Shown: one piece after another, positions 21,348-30,137 of the stretch
How positions within the stretch are numbered: position 1 is the first letter of the stretch
How the letters are laid out: every line of letters starts with the position of its first letter
Source of the DNA: a virus
Virus record (IMG/VR): IMGVR_UViG_3300017917_002349
Span: 64,001-128,000 of that record
DNA: 64,000 nucleotides
Reading direction: 5' to 3' (one strand)
The notes under the pieces: generated by a model
Told to the model about the DNA's origin: nothing
The model's database searches: none
The model's input: only the letters and a program-made list of their open reading frames with translations
Program-made: the position numbers and the translations under genes

Positions 21348-21850
21348 AAATTTTAACACTCAATAACAGATCTTTTGATCTAAACGAATTGCCCGATGAA
21401 GTCGATGAAGACACTAGATTTTCAGTCTTAGACAACAGTAACTCTGTCGAACCTGATTTCTTTTTCATGCCATTGATTTTTCTTGAGTCATTTAACAGTC
21501 CTGCGATTTTATTAAACATCGGTGGTTACGAAGTTCAAATGCCGTTAGATTGGTGTATGGTAGTAGGCGATAAAGATTGTGGTCTAGATCCCGAAGTACT
21601 GCCTCTGACCAGCCTAAATGAAAGAGGGTTTGATGCATTTGTGTTCAACCCCATCGGAGGATTTAGATGTGAATACATGCCCATCGAGATAGTAAATATC
21701 TATCAAGATGTCCGCTGGTATTTTCCTAAAATGAAAAACGGACAACTTTTAACCGTGCCCTTAAACGACGATGAAAATCCGCCATGTGTATATTTTGTCA
21801 AAGAGATTTCTAGACAGAGTGAAATTATTCAATTGGATAAATTAATCTAA
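21344..21850 (+). CDS. Hypothetical beta-rich protein
   Basis: Translationally coupled to uvsW. Confidence 0.75.
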   Translation: MKILTLNNRSFDLNELPDEVDEDTRFSVLDNSNSVEPDFFFMPLIFLESFNSPAILLNIGGYEVQMPLDWCMVVGDKDCGLDPEVLPLTSLNERGFDAFVFNPIGGFRCEYMPIEIVNIYQDVRWYFPKMKNGQLLTVPLNDDENPPCVYFVKEISRQSEIIQLDKLI

Positions 21851-22089
21851 TGCCCATGGATAGTCTTTTTTATGAAAGTTCCGACGACGCATTTAAAAGA
21901 AGATGCATCGGTTGGGAATTAAAATTTATTCTATGGCCTAGACAATGCCATTACTCGAAAAAATGGTTATGGTTAAAGAATGCCTACCTAGGTGTGAGCA
22001 TGTTAACAGGTCCCGGAGAACCTATATTTGAATATAGGTGGTGTGATAAAAATCAATATCTATTTGAAAAAATAAAGGGCAGAATATGA
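21850..22089 (+). CDS. Hypothetical protein
   Basis: Coupled ORF. Confidence 0.65.
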   Translation: MPMDSLFYESSDDAFKRRCIGWELKFILWPRQCHYSKKWLWLKNAYLGVSMLTGPGEPIFEYRWCDKNQYLFEKIKGRI

Positions 22090-22622
22090 AAACAGGAAAA
22101 AAATTATTATCTGTTTCGGCGGCCTATACCACTAAAAATGCTTCTAATAGACGAGAACTATTCATCAATGATCTTGTTAAATTATTTAATTGGACCGTGG
22201 GTGCTGAAATTGGTGTTAGGGAAGGAAGGACTTCTTTCTGTTTATTGAATGATAATAAAACGCTGAAAATATATGCTGTGGATAAAGATATTTCTCAATT
22301 TTATAATTCAAAGATAAGAGAAAAATACAAAGAACGATTAATAGCCTTAGAGGGAATTAGTTGGGAAATGTCCCAAGGTGTAGCTGACGAAAGTCTAGAT
22401 TTTGTATTCATTGATGCAGGACATGGCTATAAATCTGTGATGAAAGATCTTGAATCATGGATACCTAAATTGAAAAAAACAGGATGGCTAATAGGCCATG
22501 ATATTAATTTTCCTGCTGTGTATCAAGCAGTATCGGAACGCTGTAAAGATTTTAAAATAGGACCGGATAATGTTTGGTTCTTATCGCCCAGTGGCGATTA
22601 CACTATGTTGGAGAAAATATGA
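22086..22622 (+). CDS. Class I SAM-dependent methyltransferase
   Basis: GAEIGV, DFVFIDAGH, GHD. Confidence 0.85.
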   Translation: MKTGKKLLSVSAAYTTKNASNRRELFINDLVKLFNWTVGAEIGVREGRTSFCLLNDNKTLKIYAVDKDISQFYNSKIREKYKERLIALEGISWEMSQGVADESLDFVFIDAGHGYKSVMKDLESWIPKLKKTGWLIGHDINFPAVYQAVSERCKDFKIGPDNVWFLSPSGDYTMLEKI

Positions 22623-22972
22623 TCGCAGGTAAAGTGTGGGGTAAAACTGAATTGTTAGAAGCCAACGGAGTTTTAGAATTCCATAGAATAGAAATTAAAA
22701 AGGGCGGTGTCTGTTCGAAACACAAACATCGGCACAAATGGAATGGTTTCTTTGTAGAAAAAGGCGCATTGGTCGTACGTGTCTGGAAAAATAATTACGA
22801 TCTTATAGATGAGACGGTGCTTATGGATGGCATGTATACAAAGGTTGCGCCTGGAGAATATCATCAGTTCGAGGCACTAGAAGATACAGTAGCATTCGAA
22901 TTATATTGGGCAGAATTTGATCACGACGACATTGAAAGAGAGACTGTGGGGTATAAAAATGGGCAGACTTAG
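22619..22972 (+). CDS. Cupin-domain protein
   Basis: CSKHKH..KWNGF and PGEYHQF metal motifs. Confidence 0.8.
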   Translation: MIAGKVWGKTELLEANGVLEFHRIEIKKGGVCSKHKHRHKWNGFFVEKGALVVRVWKNNYDLIDETVLMDGMYTKVAPGEYHQFEALEDTVAFELYWAEFDHDDIERETVGYKNGQT

Positions 22973-23207
22973 ACCCGGAGCCACGTATATCTACGAGCAG
23001 GCCGATGGTGTGACCTATGCTCGAGAATCAGGAGCGCCGGTTACTGAAAGATTCGAAATTGGAAGAACCGTTGGTAGACGAGAATTAGATGAACACAACG
23101 AATGGGTTCAAATAAGATTGGCCGCTAAGAAAAATCCTGCTTTACAACGTGCCGTGGATCATGTTAAACTATTATATAAGATGACAATGGATTATGGGCA
23201 AAAATAA
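22959..23207 (+). CDS. Hypothetical protein
   Basis: Coupled ORF. Confidence 0.7.
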   Translation: MGRLRPGATYIYEQADGVTYARESGAPVTERFEIGRTVGRRELDEHNEWVQIRLAAKKNPALQRAVDHVKLLYKMTMDYGQK

Positions 23208-23673
23208 ACATATAGATCTTTTCAAGGACATGATTCCTGCAGTAGATATGGGGCTAAAAGATCTATGGGAAGCTGCTACCGAAGAAGGACGAAAAGAAAT
23301 CAAGGGAGATCTTTGGAATTTAAATCGTTATATCAGTAGTGTCAAAACCAATAATCGAGAACTCCAAGAACACTATGTTCTCACTGTAAATGAATTTTAC
23401 AATAAGAACTGGAACGAGATCTCTAAACATCCCAAGCTTCAATGGATGACCTTGACCTTGGCCAGTCACGAAAGCCGAAAAACACAATTCCATGAATGGC
23501 TGCCTCTCAAAAGAGAAAAAAATAAAAAAGAAGAATTTCTAGCGCAGTTATTTCCTAATATGAAATGGACCGATGTTGAAACACTAGCCAAGGTTACCAC
23601 AGATAAAGAAGTCAAAGAATATTGTACGTCATTAGGCTGGGATAAGAAACAAATTGCAGACATTAAATTATAA
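23194..23673 (+). CDS. Putative clamp-loader small subunit (gp62-like)
   Basis: Size, LNRYIS..NEFYN..HPKLQW pattern, replication context. Confidence 0.55.
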   Translation: MGKNKHIDLFKDMIPAVDMGLKDLWEAATEEGRKEIKGDLWNLNRYISSVKTNNRELQEHYVLTVNEFYNKNWNEISKHPKLQWMTLTLASHESRKTQFHEWLPLKREKNKKEEFLAQLFPNMKWTDVETLAKVTTDKEVKEYCTSLGWDKKQIADIKL

Positions 23674-24340
23674 GTGTGAATACTGCGGCAAAGATTTTGC
23701 TAGAGAAAAGACTCTTGCTGTACATATCTGCGAACAAAAACGTAGACATCTTAGCAAAACCGAAAAGCACGTTCAAGCAGGATTATTAACTTTTCAAAGA
23801 TTCTATGATATTGCACAGAAAGGTAAGACTAAAAAAACATTTGACGAATTTGCACAGAGTCCTTACTACACAGCCTTTGTAAAATTTGGCAGCTTTTTAG
23901 TTAATACTGCTCCCATCTATCCGGAAAGGTTTATAGATTTTGTAATCAAGAGCGGTGTTAAATTAGATCACTGGTGTAGAGACGAACTATATGATCAATA
24001 CATCGTAGAGATGATAAAATCAGAGCCGGCCGACGGGGCTATACAGAGAACCATCAAAACAATGATGGATTGGGCAGATACAAATTCTGCTCCGTGGGAG
24101 CACTATTTTCAATATGTTAATCTAAACAGAGCTACCCACGATATCAAAGAAGGACTGGTCAGTCCGTGGATGGTGTTAAATACCAAGTCAGGCAAGGATA
24201 TGCTTAAAAGGATGAATGACGAACAATTAGAAATAGTTGGTCCAATCATTGATCCGCAATTTTGGTTGCGAAGATTTAAAGCATTACCTGCAGATGTTGA
24301 ACTAATCAAAGATGTGATTAAAGAAGGTAAAATTTTATAA
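23654..24340 (+). CDS. Zinc-finger protein
   Basis: CEYCGKDF..LAVHICE. Confidence 0.75.
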   Translation: MQTLNYKCEYCGKDFAREKTLAVHICEQKRRHLSKTEKHVQAGLLTFQRFYDIAQKGKTKKTFDEFAQSPYYTAFVKFGSFLVNTAPIYPERFIDFVIKSGVKLDHWCRDELYDQYIVEMIKSEPADGAIQRTIKTMMDWADTNSAPWEHYFQYVNLNRATHDIKEGLVSPWMVLNTKSGKDMLKRMNDEQLEIVGPIIDPQFWLRRFKALPADVELIKDVIKEGKIL

Positions 24341-24564
24341 TGAGTAAAAGGCCTAAACAGGAACCTGAAATCGAAGAACTGCGAGAAAACGAAGAATTTA
24401 TTTCAAGAGATGATATAGATATCGAAGTTGTAGTTGCTGATGACAATCCTAGTGTATATGTAAAATTTTCTGGATTTGATGACAACGAAGATGCCGAAGA
24501 ATATGCTCAATTTCTAGCAGAAACATTGCCTCTATTACTTTTCGAAACAACGAGGATACAATGA
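24340..24564 (+). CDS. Hypothetical acidic protein
   Basis: Coupled ORF. Confidence 0.7.
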   Translation: MSKRPKQEPEIEELRENEEFISRDDIDIEVVVADDNPSVYVKFSGFDDNEDAEEYAQFLAETLPLLLFETTRIQ

Positions 24565-25412
24565 AAAAAATATTAATCATGGGACTGCCCGGATCGGGTA
24601 AAACCTATTTCGCAGAACGGTTGAAAAAATTTCTTGAAGAAAATTCAACCTTAAATCACATGCCTGTAGAAAGCATGATAAATCTTGAGATATTGCCGCA
24701 GTCATGGAATGCCAAGGTTAAATGGTTTAATGCTGACGAAGTCAGAAAGCGATATAACGACTGGGATTTTAGTAAGGAAGGTCGTATCAGACAAAGTATC
24801 AGGATGGCAGAATTCGCATTGACATCTAATGCAGATTTTGTAATTTGTGATTTTGTAGCACCGTTGGTCGAGATGCGCAACAATTTCAAAGCAGATTGGA
24901 CCATCTGGATGGATACTATCAGCGAAGGTAGATACGAAGATACCAATAAGGCATTTATAGCTCCCGAAGTTTATGATTTCCGTATCACAGAACAAAACGC
25001 TGAAAAATGGGTTGAATTTGTAGGCATGCATATCTTAGAGAACAAGCGGCGCCCGAAATTTGACTGGCAGAAAGAAACCGTACAGATGCTGGGACGTTGG
25101 CAGCCATGGCACGACGGTCATCGCGCATTGTTCGAACGTGCCATTGCGAAAACTGGTCAAGTAGTAATACAAATCAGAGACTGCCAAGGATGGCAAGGTT
25201 CTAATCCTTTTGCGATTGAACAGGTTAAAAGCTTCATTAAAAAAGATTTAGATCCTATCTATCAAGGACAGTACGAAATACAGGTAGTGCCGAATGTAGT
25301 TAATATCACCTACGGTAGAGATGTGGGTTATAAGATCGAACAAGAAACCTTTGATGAAAATGTAACTTCTATCTCTGCGACCAAAATTAGAAAAGGTCTA
25401 GGTCTAGCATGA
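24561..25412 (+). CDS. Adenylyl-sulfate-kinase-like domain fused to HxGH nucleotidyltransferase domain
   Basis: GLPGSGKT, NADEVR..DFS.EGR; GRWQPWHDGH and ISATKIR. Confidence 0.8.
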   Translation: MKKILIMGLPGSGKTYFAERLKKFLEENSTLNHMPVESMINLEILPQSWNAKVKWFNADEVRKRYNDWDFSKEGRIRQSIRMAEFALTSNADFVICDFVAPLVEMRNNFKADWTIWMDTISEGRYEDTNKAFIAPEVYDFRITEQNAEKWVEFVGMHILENKRRPKFDWQKETVQMLGRWQPWHDGHRALFERAIAKTGQVVIQIRDCQGWQGSNPFAIEQVKSFIKKDLDPIYQGQYEIQVVPNVVNITYGRDVGYKIEQETFDENVTSISATKIRKGLGLA

Positions 25413-25633
25413 ACAAATACCACATCAGATTCAATACCAAACATGGCGGTAGTGATTTGGTGTGGCGTATATTTGAAAATGGTATCGAACATCTGGCCAC
25501 AGATGTTCGCATCGTAGGCGAAACATTCACCGAATGCACATTTGAACACGGTGAAACTAAATGGAACATATCGTGTCTAGGACGTATGGTATGGGTCGAT
25601 CGTGTAGCAGTGATTGTAACAGGCAAAGACTAA
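25409..25633 (+). CDS. Hypothetical protein
   Basis: Coupled ORF. Confidence 0.7.
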   Translation: MNKYHIRFNTKHGGSDLVWRIFENGIEHLATDVRIVGETFTECTFEHGETKWNISCLGRMVWVDRVAVIVTGKD

Positions 25634-25649
25634 CAACAGATAAAATAAT

Positions 25650-26228
25650 ATGCCAGATATTGATATAGATTTCTTAGACAGAGACAAAGCACTTCAATGC
25701 TTAGATTTTATAGGTGCTAGTAGGTTAGATAATGGAAAGCTAGTTAAACATAACACAGGAATTTACCTACATGATGTACCAGTTGATGCAGTCACTGGTC
25801 TGTGCCAGTTACCTTATGAACAAGCAGAAAAAGAAGGTTATTTTAAAATTGATTTTTTAAATGTTGGAATTTATAAAGGTGTTCGAGATGAAGAACATCT
25901 TACTAGCCTGATGACTACGGAGCCGTTATGGGATCTATTACAACAAAAAGACTTTGTGGATCTATTATTTCATTTGAACGGACATGGGGATGTTCTGAAG
26001 AAGACCTGCCCTACTTCCGTGGAACAATTAGCTGCGGTCCTTGCCATGATCAGACCCGCCAAGAGACATTTGATTGGTCAGAACTGGACTACGATCATGA
26101 AGGAAGTATGGATCCGTCCGACTACTGAAGAATACTACTTTAAGAAAAGTCATGCCACTGCTTATGCTATGGCGATTGTTGTTCAAATGAATCTCATCTG
26201 CGAAAGTATCAGTTATGGATACAGTTGA
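25650..26228 (+). CDS. Miniature DNA polymerase III alpha (DnaE)-like protein
   Basis: PDIDIDF, KHNTG, FKIDFL, AMIRP, YYFKKSHATAY. Confidence 0.85.
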   Translation: MPDIDIDFLDRDKALQCLDFIGASRLDNGKLVKHNTGIYLHDVPVDAVTGLCQLPYEQAEKEGYFKIDFLNVGIYKGVRDEEHLTSLMTTEPLWDLLQQKDFVDLLFHLNGHGDVLKKTCPTSVEQLAAVLAMIRPAKRHLIGQNWTTIMKEVWIRPTTEEYYFKKSHATAYAMAIVVQMNLICESISYGYS

Positions 26229-26790
26229 TCTTGATGCGTTTGCGTCTAGCCAGATACAGAGCAAGTTGTGGTTAGTTAAGACGCTAGAGAGAACCTTAGA
26301 ACACAACGAACCTATAGAACCACATATAGGTTATGACATATGGATCTTAGCAGGTTGGTATGGTCTCATTAATTTTATGTTGCAGATAAGAAGCAATATT
26401 AGATTGAACAGTGTTAGATCATTTGATGTAGATCCATTGTGTGCAGAAATTGCAGAAAAAATTAATAGCCTATGGGTTTGGAAAAATTGGGAATTCAAGG
26501 CTGAAACCCAGGATATAAATCAATTAGATTATGTCAGTTCCCCTCATGTTATTATTAATAGTTCAGTAGAACATATGACTTCAAATATATGGTGGGAAAA
26601 TATTCCTATCGGAACTGTGGTATGTCTACAGGCCAGTGATATGGATCATGAAGATCATATCAATAAATTTCACAGCACACATGATATGTTACTGACATAT
26701 CCGCTGAGTGATCTATATTATGAAGGCGTTAAGCGATTTGAATACGATGATTTTTCATTTCATCGTTATATGATTATAGGGATTAAGTAG
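26215..26790 (+). CDS. Putative methyltransferase
   Basis: ILAGWYG, SFDVDP, INSSVEH. Confidence 0.65.
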   Translation: MDTVDLDAFASSQIQSKLWLVKTLERTLEHNEPIEPHIGYDIWILAGWYGLINFMLQIRSNIRLNSVRSFDVDPLCAEIAEKINSLWVWKNWEFKAETQDINQLDYVSSPHVIINSSVEHMTSNIWWENIPIGTVVCLQASDMDHEDHINKFHSTHDMLLTYPLSDLYYEGVKRFEYDDFSFHRYMIIGIK

Positions 26791-27154
26791 GTTTTCTTAC
26801 CAGCGTGATACTTTTACGTTTGATTCTTTTGACAATTATGTCATTTAGGCTAGTGCAGGGCCCTAAATTTACCTTAACATCCTTGGTAGAAAAATTACGG
26901 ATAGCATATCGAAATTCAGATATCTCTTTTAACAAAAAGATATTGATAGGAATTTGTCGATTTGATTCCCACCACCAAACTTCACCTAGCTCGATAAATT
27001 TAGCCTTTTCTGGCTCGCTTTTTATCAGGCTGTAATCATACATGCTAGTGACCTGTGAGTCTTGGTTGATGATGATGCCTACATATTCCTGATCTACGTG
27101 AGTAAGTATACTAATGAATGGAAAATTTTGTTGTAAGTTTTCAGTTATTCTCAT
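26783..27154 (-). CDS. Hypothetical protein
   Basis: WWWESNRQIPINIFL; isolated minus-strand ORF. Confidence 0.75.
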   Translation of the reverse strand: MRITENLQQNFPFISILTHVDQEYVGIIINQDSQVTSMYDYSLIKSEPEKAKFIELGEVWWWESNRQIPINIFLLKEISEFRYAIRNFSTKDVKVNLGPCTSLNDIIVKRIKRKSITLVRKPT

Positions 27155-27182
27155 AGATAAATATTGCTAAGGGTCCAAAATT

Positions 27183-28013
27183 ATGCAAGCAATTTCAGTT
27201 TATTTATATCCAAACAAACTAGATGTATTTACTAATTTACCAGACTCCTGGACTTCAGAGAGGTATCGTAGAGTGTACAACAGAACTTTAAAATTATTTC
27301 GAGGTGTATCTAATAGGATTGACATCCAGGTTAGAAATTCTGATCAAAAATCTCTAGACATTACAGGATATAGTTTGGTTTTTAATCTGATCAACAGAGA
27401 AACCAAAGCACTGATTTTGCAGCAAGATTTTCTGCCCATCGACGGCAGTAGTCTTATACGAGGAAAACTAAGTCTAGATCTTTCGGAATCTGCACTAGAA
27501 TCAGTTAGATCTGGATTCTATCATTATTCTATCGTGAAAGAAATTAGATCTACAGATAATAATGGTAACTATACCGTTACAGAAAGGACTCCTTTGTACA
27601 TAGACAGTCAATACGGTACATTTGCTGCTGTGGAAATAAACGACAATATTCTAGGCGAACCGGTCGATAGTAGAAAAATAATCGCTTTCAATCAATATAA
27701 CCCGTTTGAAAATCCTAGATACTTTATCAGCAGTATCATTGATGCCAAACCCGAATTATCTTCTAGTCAAAGCCTTCATACCTTTCAATTTAATATGACT
27801 AGCTATTATGGTCAAATTATCATACAAGGTTCCCAGAGTGAAGGCGGCAACCCACAGGTTTGGGTTGATGTTCCAGACGGAAATTTCAACCTCACTGGCG
27901 AATCTATTACCTATAAAAATATATCTGGTAAGTTCGATTATTTTAGAATCAAACATATACCAGATCAAACTATAACTTCACATGGAACCGTTGACAGCGT
28001 ACTATACAGATAG
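27183..28013 (+). CDS. Putative structural (beta-rich, baseplate-like) protein
   Basis: TAAATA box at 27158; beta-strand-rich composition. Confidence 0.6.
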   Translation: MQAISVYLYPNKLDVFTNLPDSWTSERYRRVYNRTLKLFRGVSNRIDIQVRNSDQKSLDITGYSLVFNLINRETKALILQQDFLPIDGSSLIRGKLSLDLSESALESVRSGFYHYSIVKEIRSTDNNGNYTVTERTPLYIDSQYGTFAAVEINDNILGEPVDSRKIIAFNQYNPFENPRYFISSIIDAKPELSSSQSLHTFQFNMTSYYGQIIIQGSQSEGGNPQVWVDVPDGNFNLTGESITYKNISGKFDYFRIKHIPDQTITSHGTVDSVLYR

Positions 28014-28019
28014 TATACT
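27991..28019 (+). promoter_or_regulatory. Sigma70 promoter giving a leaderless primase mRNA
   Basis: TTGACA-17-TATACT; ATG 28026 at +1. Confidence 0.75.
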
Positions 28020-28025
28020 GTATGT

Positions 28026-29054
28026 ATGACCCTGGTTATAGATAAATTTCGTTCGCTACTACCCCCTAGAGCCAAACATAGTCCCAGTGGATGGACCAGT
28101 TTCAATGCGCCTTGCTGTCAGCACAGGGGTCACAGTCCGGACACTAGAAAGCGGGCTGGTATCCGTTTTGATGGTAACGGTATAATCTATAATTGTTTCA
28201 ACTGCAAATTCACCACGGGATGGCAGCCCGGATCTCCTTTGGGAGAAAAAATGAAAAGTCTTTGTAGGTGGTTAGGTGCCAATGATGACGATATCAAGAC
28301 TATGGTGTTTGAGGCTCTCAAAACCGAAGGCGAAGATTACCAACCTGCAGAATATCAGATCAAAGTAGATTTCGAAGATAAACCACTACCAGAGCATGCC
28401 ATGAGCCTAATGGACTGGAGCGGAATCATGGAAGGCGAAATAGAAGAAAAATTAGGTCCGCAATTTATTGATGTTTTAAGATATCTAATGACCAGAGGAT
28501 ATGAAAATCCTTTTGATTATGATTTCTATTGGAGTCCCGCACCGGGCTATGAAAACAGAATCATAATTCCCTTTCGTTGGCAGGGTAGGATCGTAGGTAA
28601 TACAGCTAGAAGAATCACCGACGGAAAACCAAAATATCTATCAGATCAACACCCCTATTTCGTCTTTAATGTTGATAAACAGAAAGAAGAATATAGGTAT
28701 GTCTTTGTCTGTGAAGGACCATTTGATGCATTGGCTATCGGCGGTGTGGCATTACTCACTAACGAAGTAAGCGATCAGCAGGCGAGAATAATTAACAGTA
28801 TAGGCAAACAAGTAATAGTAATACCAGATCAAGATCGAGCAGGCTCAATTTTAATCACTCAGGCTGCCGAATTAGGATGGTCAGTGGCTTTTCCTAATTG
28901 GGACGATGATGTAAAAGACTGTGCAGAGGCAGTGTTGAGATATGGAAAACTGTTCACTATCGTAGATGCTATTGAAACGTCAACAAGCAATCTCGCAAAA
29001 ATAGAAATAGAAAAAAGAAAATTGTTGACGAAATTGGAGATATTGAATGCTTAA
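28026..29054 (+). CDS. DNA primase (gp61-like)
   Basis: Zn-binding CC..H/CFNC, TOPRIM VCEGPFDAL and PDQDRAG, KD. Confidence 0.92.
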   Translation: MTLVIDKFRSLLPPRAKHSPSGWTSFNAPCCQHRGHSPDTRKRAGIRFDGNGIIYNCFNCKFTTGWQPGSPLGEKMKSLCRWLGANDDDIKTMVFEALKTEGEDYQPAEYQIKVDFEDKPLPEHAMSLMDWSGIMEGEIEEKLGPQFIDVLRYLMTRGYENPFDYDFYWSPAPGYENRIIIPFRWQGRIVGNTARRITDGKPKYLSDQHPYFVFNVDKQKEEYRYVFVCEGPFDALAIGGVALLTNEVSDQQARIINSIGKQVIVIPDQDRAGSILITQAAELGWSVAFPNWDDDVKDCAEAVLRYGKLFTIVDAIETSTSNLAKIEIEKRKLLTKLEILNA

Positions 29055-29163
29055 AAAGATTTTAGGGTTTTTACTCTATCCTTTTGTGAAATACAAAGAA
29101 CATAGGGCATGGAAAAAACGTTTAGAAGAACTTAAAAAACGCGATCCATTTATCTATAAATGA
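29047..29163 (+). CDS. Small hypothetical protein (38 aa, not in ORF track)
   Basis: GGAG RBS; MLKKILG...KKRDPFIYK fills the gap with overlapping stop/start. Confidence 0.65.
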   Translation: MLKKILGFLLYPFVKYKEHRAWKKRLEELKKRDPFIYK

Positions 29164-30128
29164 TTACCTGGGGAATAAATGCTCTGAATCATGATGCCAG
29201 TATTGCCGTAATGGTAGGCAATGATCTACGATTCTGGGAAAGATCCAGTAAGTATTCAAATATCAAAGGCGACGACAAACTTAATAGTACTTTGATTAGA
29301 GCAGCTATAGATGCAAGTGGCGGTAAAGGACCTTCTGATATTGTTTGGTACGAAAAACCCTGGCTGAAAAAAACCAGACAGTTTTATGCAGGTCAGTATC
29401 GTTGGGCGTTTGATCTGAAAGAATTGCCTAGTGTATATCTAAAAGAATTTAGGTTAAATTATGCAAAAATTCATTACTTACCACATCATCTCAGTCATGC
29501 TGCTGCAGGATTCCTAACATCACCGTTTAAAGATGCAGTAGTAATCGTTTTAGATGCCATGGGAGAATGGGAATCGGCGACTATATGGCAGGGACACAAT
29601 AACAGTCTAAAGAAACTGTGGAGTCGAAGCTATCCGACTAGTCTTGGTTTATTTTATTCTGCATTTACTGATCTAATAGGTTTCAAGCCAATCGCAGAAG
29701 AACACCTCCTGCAACAGTTTAGTGACAAAGGAGATCCTAATAGATTCGGCAGCGATATTTACGCATACTGGAAAAAAGGCTGGCATCTAAAATATAATCT
29801 ACACAAAGGTGTAAGGAACTGGCCTTATCCTATACAAACAGATCAAGACAGATATGACATAGCTGCCGCAGTACAGGCAGTGTTTCAACTACAGGCCTAC
29901 GAAGTCGTGCAAATAGCGAAAAGATTATCAAATGATCGGAATCTAGTATACATGGGCGGCTGTGCTATGAATTCTAAATTCAACGAAATACTGCCTGGCG
30001 AGTTTGATCATATCTGGAGTTTACCTATTCCGGGTGATGCTGCAAGTTCTATGGGTGCCGCACTGTATTTTAAGAAAGCAAGATACAAGTATCAAGGTGA
30101 TCTTGCAAAACACATACAAATCAAGTAA
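29160..30128 (+). CDS. Carbamoyltransferase, N-terminal (Kae1-like) domain only
   Basis: NHDAS, HHLSHAA, DAMGE, SLGLFY, GGCAMN, PGDA. Confidence 0.88.
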   Translation: MITWGINALNHDASIAVMVGNDLRFWERSSKYSNIKGDDKLNSTLIRAAIDASGGKGPSDIVWYEKPWLKKTRQFYAGQYRWAFDLKELPSVYLKEFRLNYAKIHYLPHHLSHAAAGFLTSPFKDAVVIVLDAMGEWESATIWQGHNNSLKKLWSRSYPTSLGLFYSAFTDLIGFKPIAEEHLLQQFSDKGDPNRFGSDIYAYWKKGWHLKYNLHKGVRNWPYPIQTDQDRYDIAAAVQAVFQLQAYEVVQIAKRLSNDRNLVYMGGCAMNSKFNEILPGEFDHIWSLPIPGDAASSMGAALYFKKARYKYQGDLAKHIQIK

Positions 30129-30131
30129 AAT
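30103..30131 (+). promoter_or_regulatory. Sigma70-type promoter giving a leaderless helicase mRNA
   Basis: TTGCAA-17-TAAAAT; ATG 30138 at +1. Confidence 0.6.
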
Positions 30132-30137
30132 AATAAG

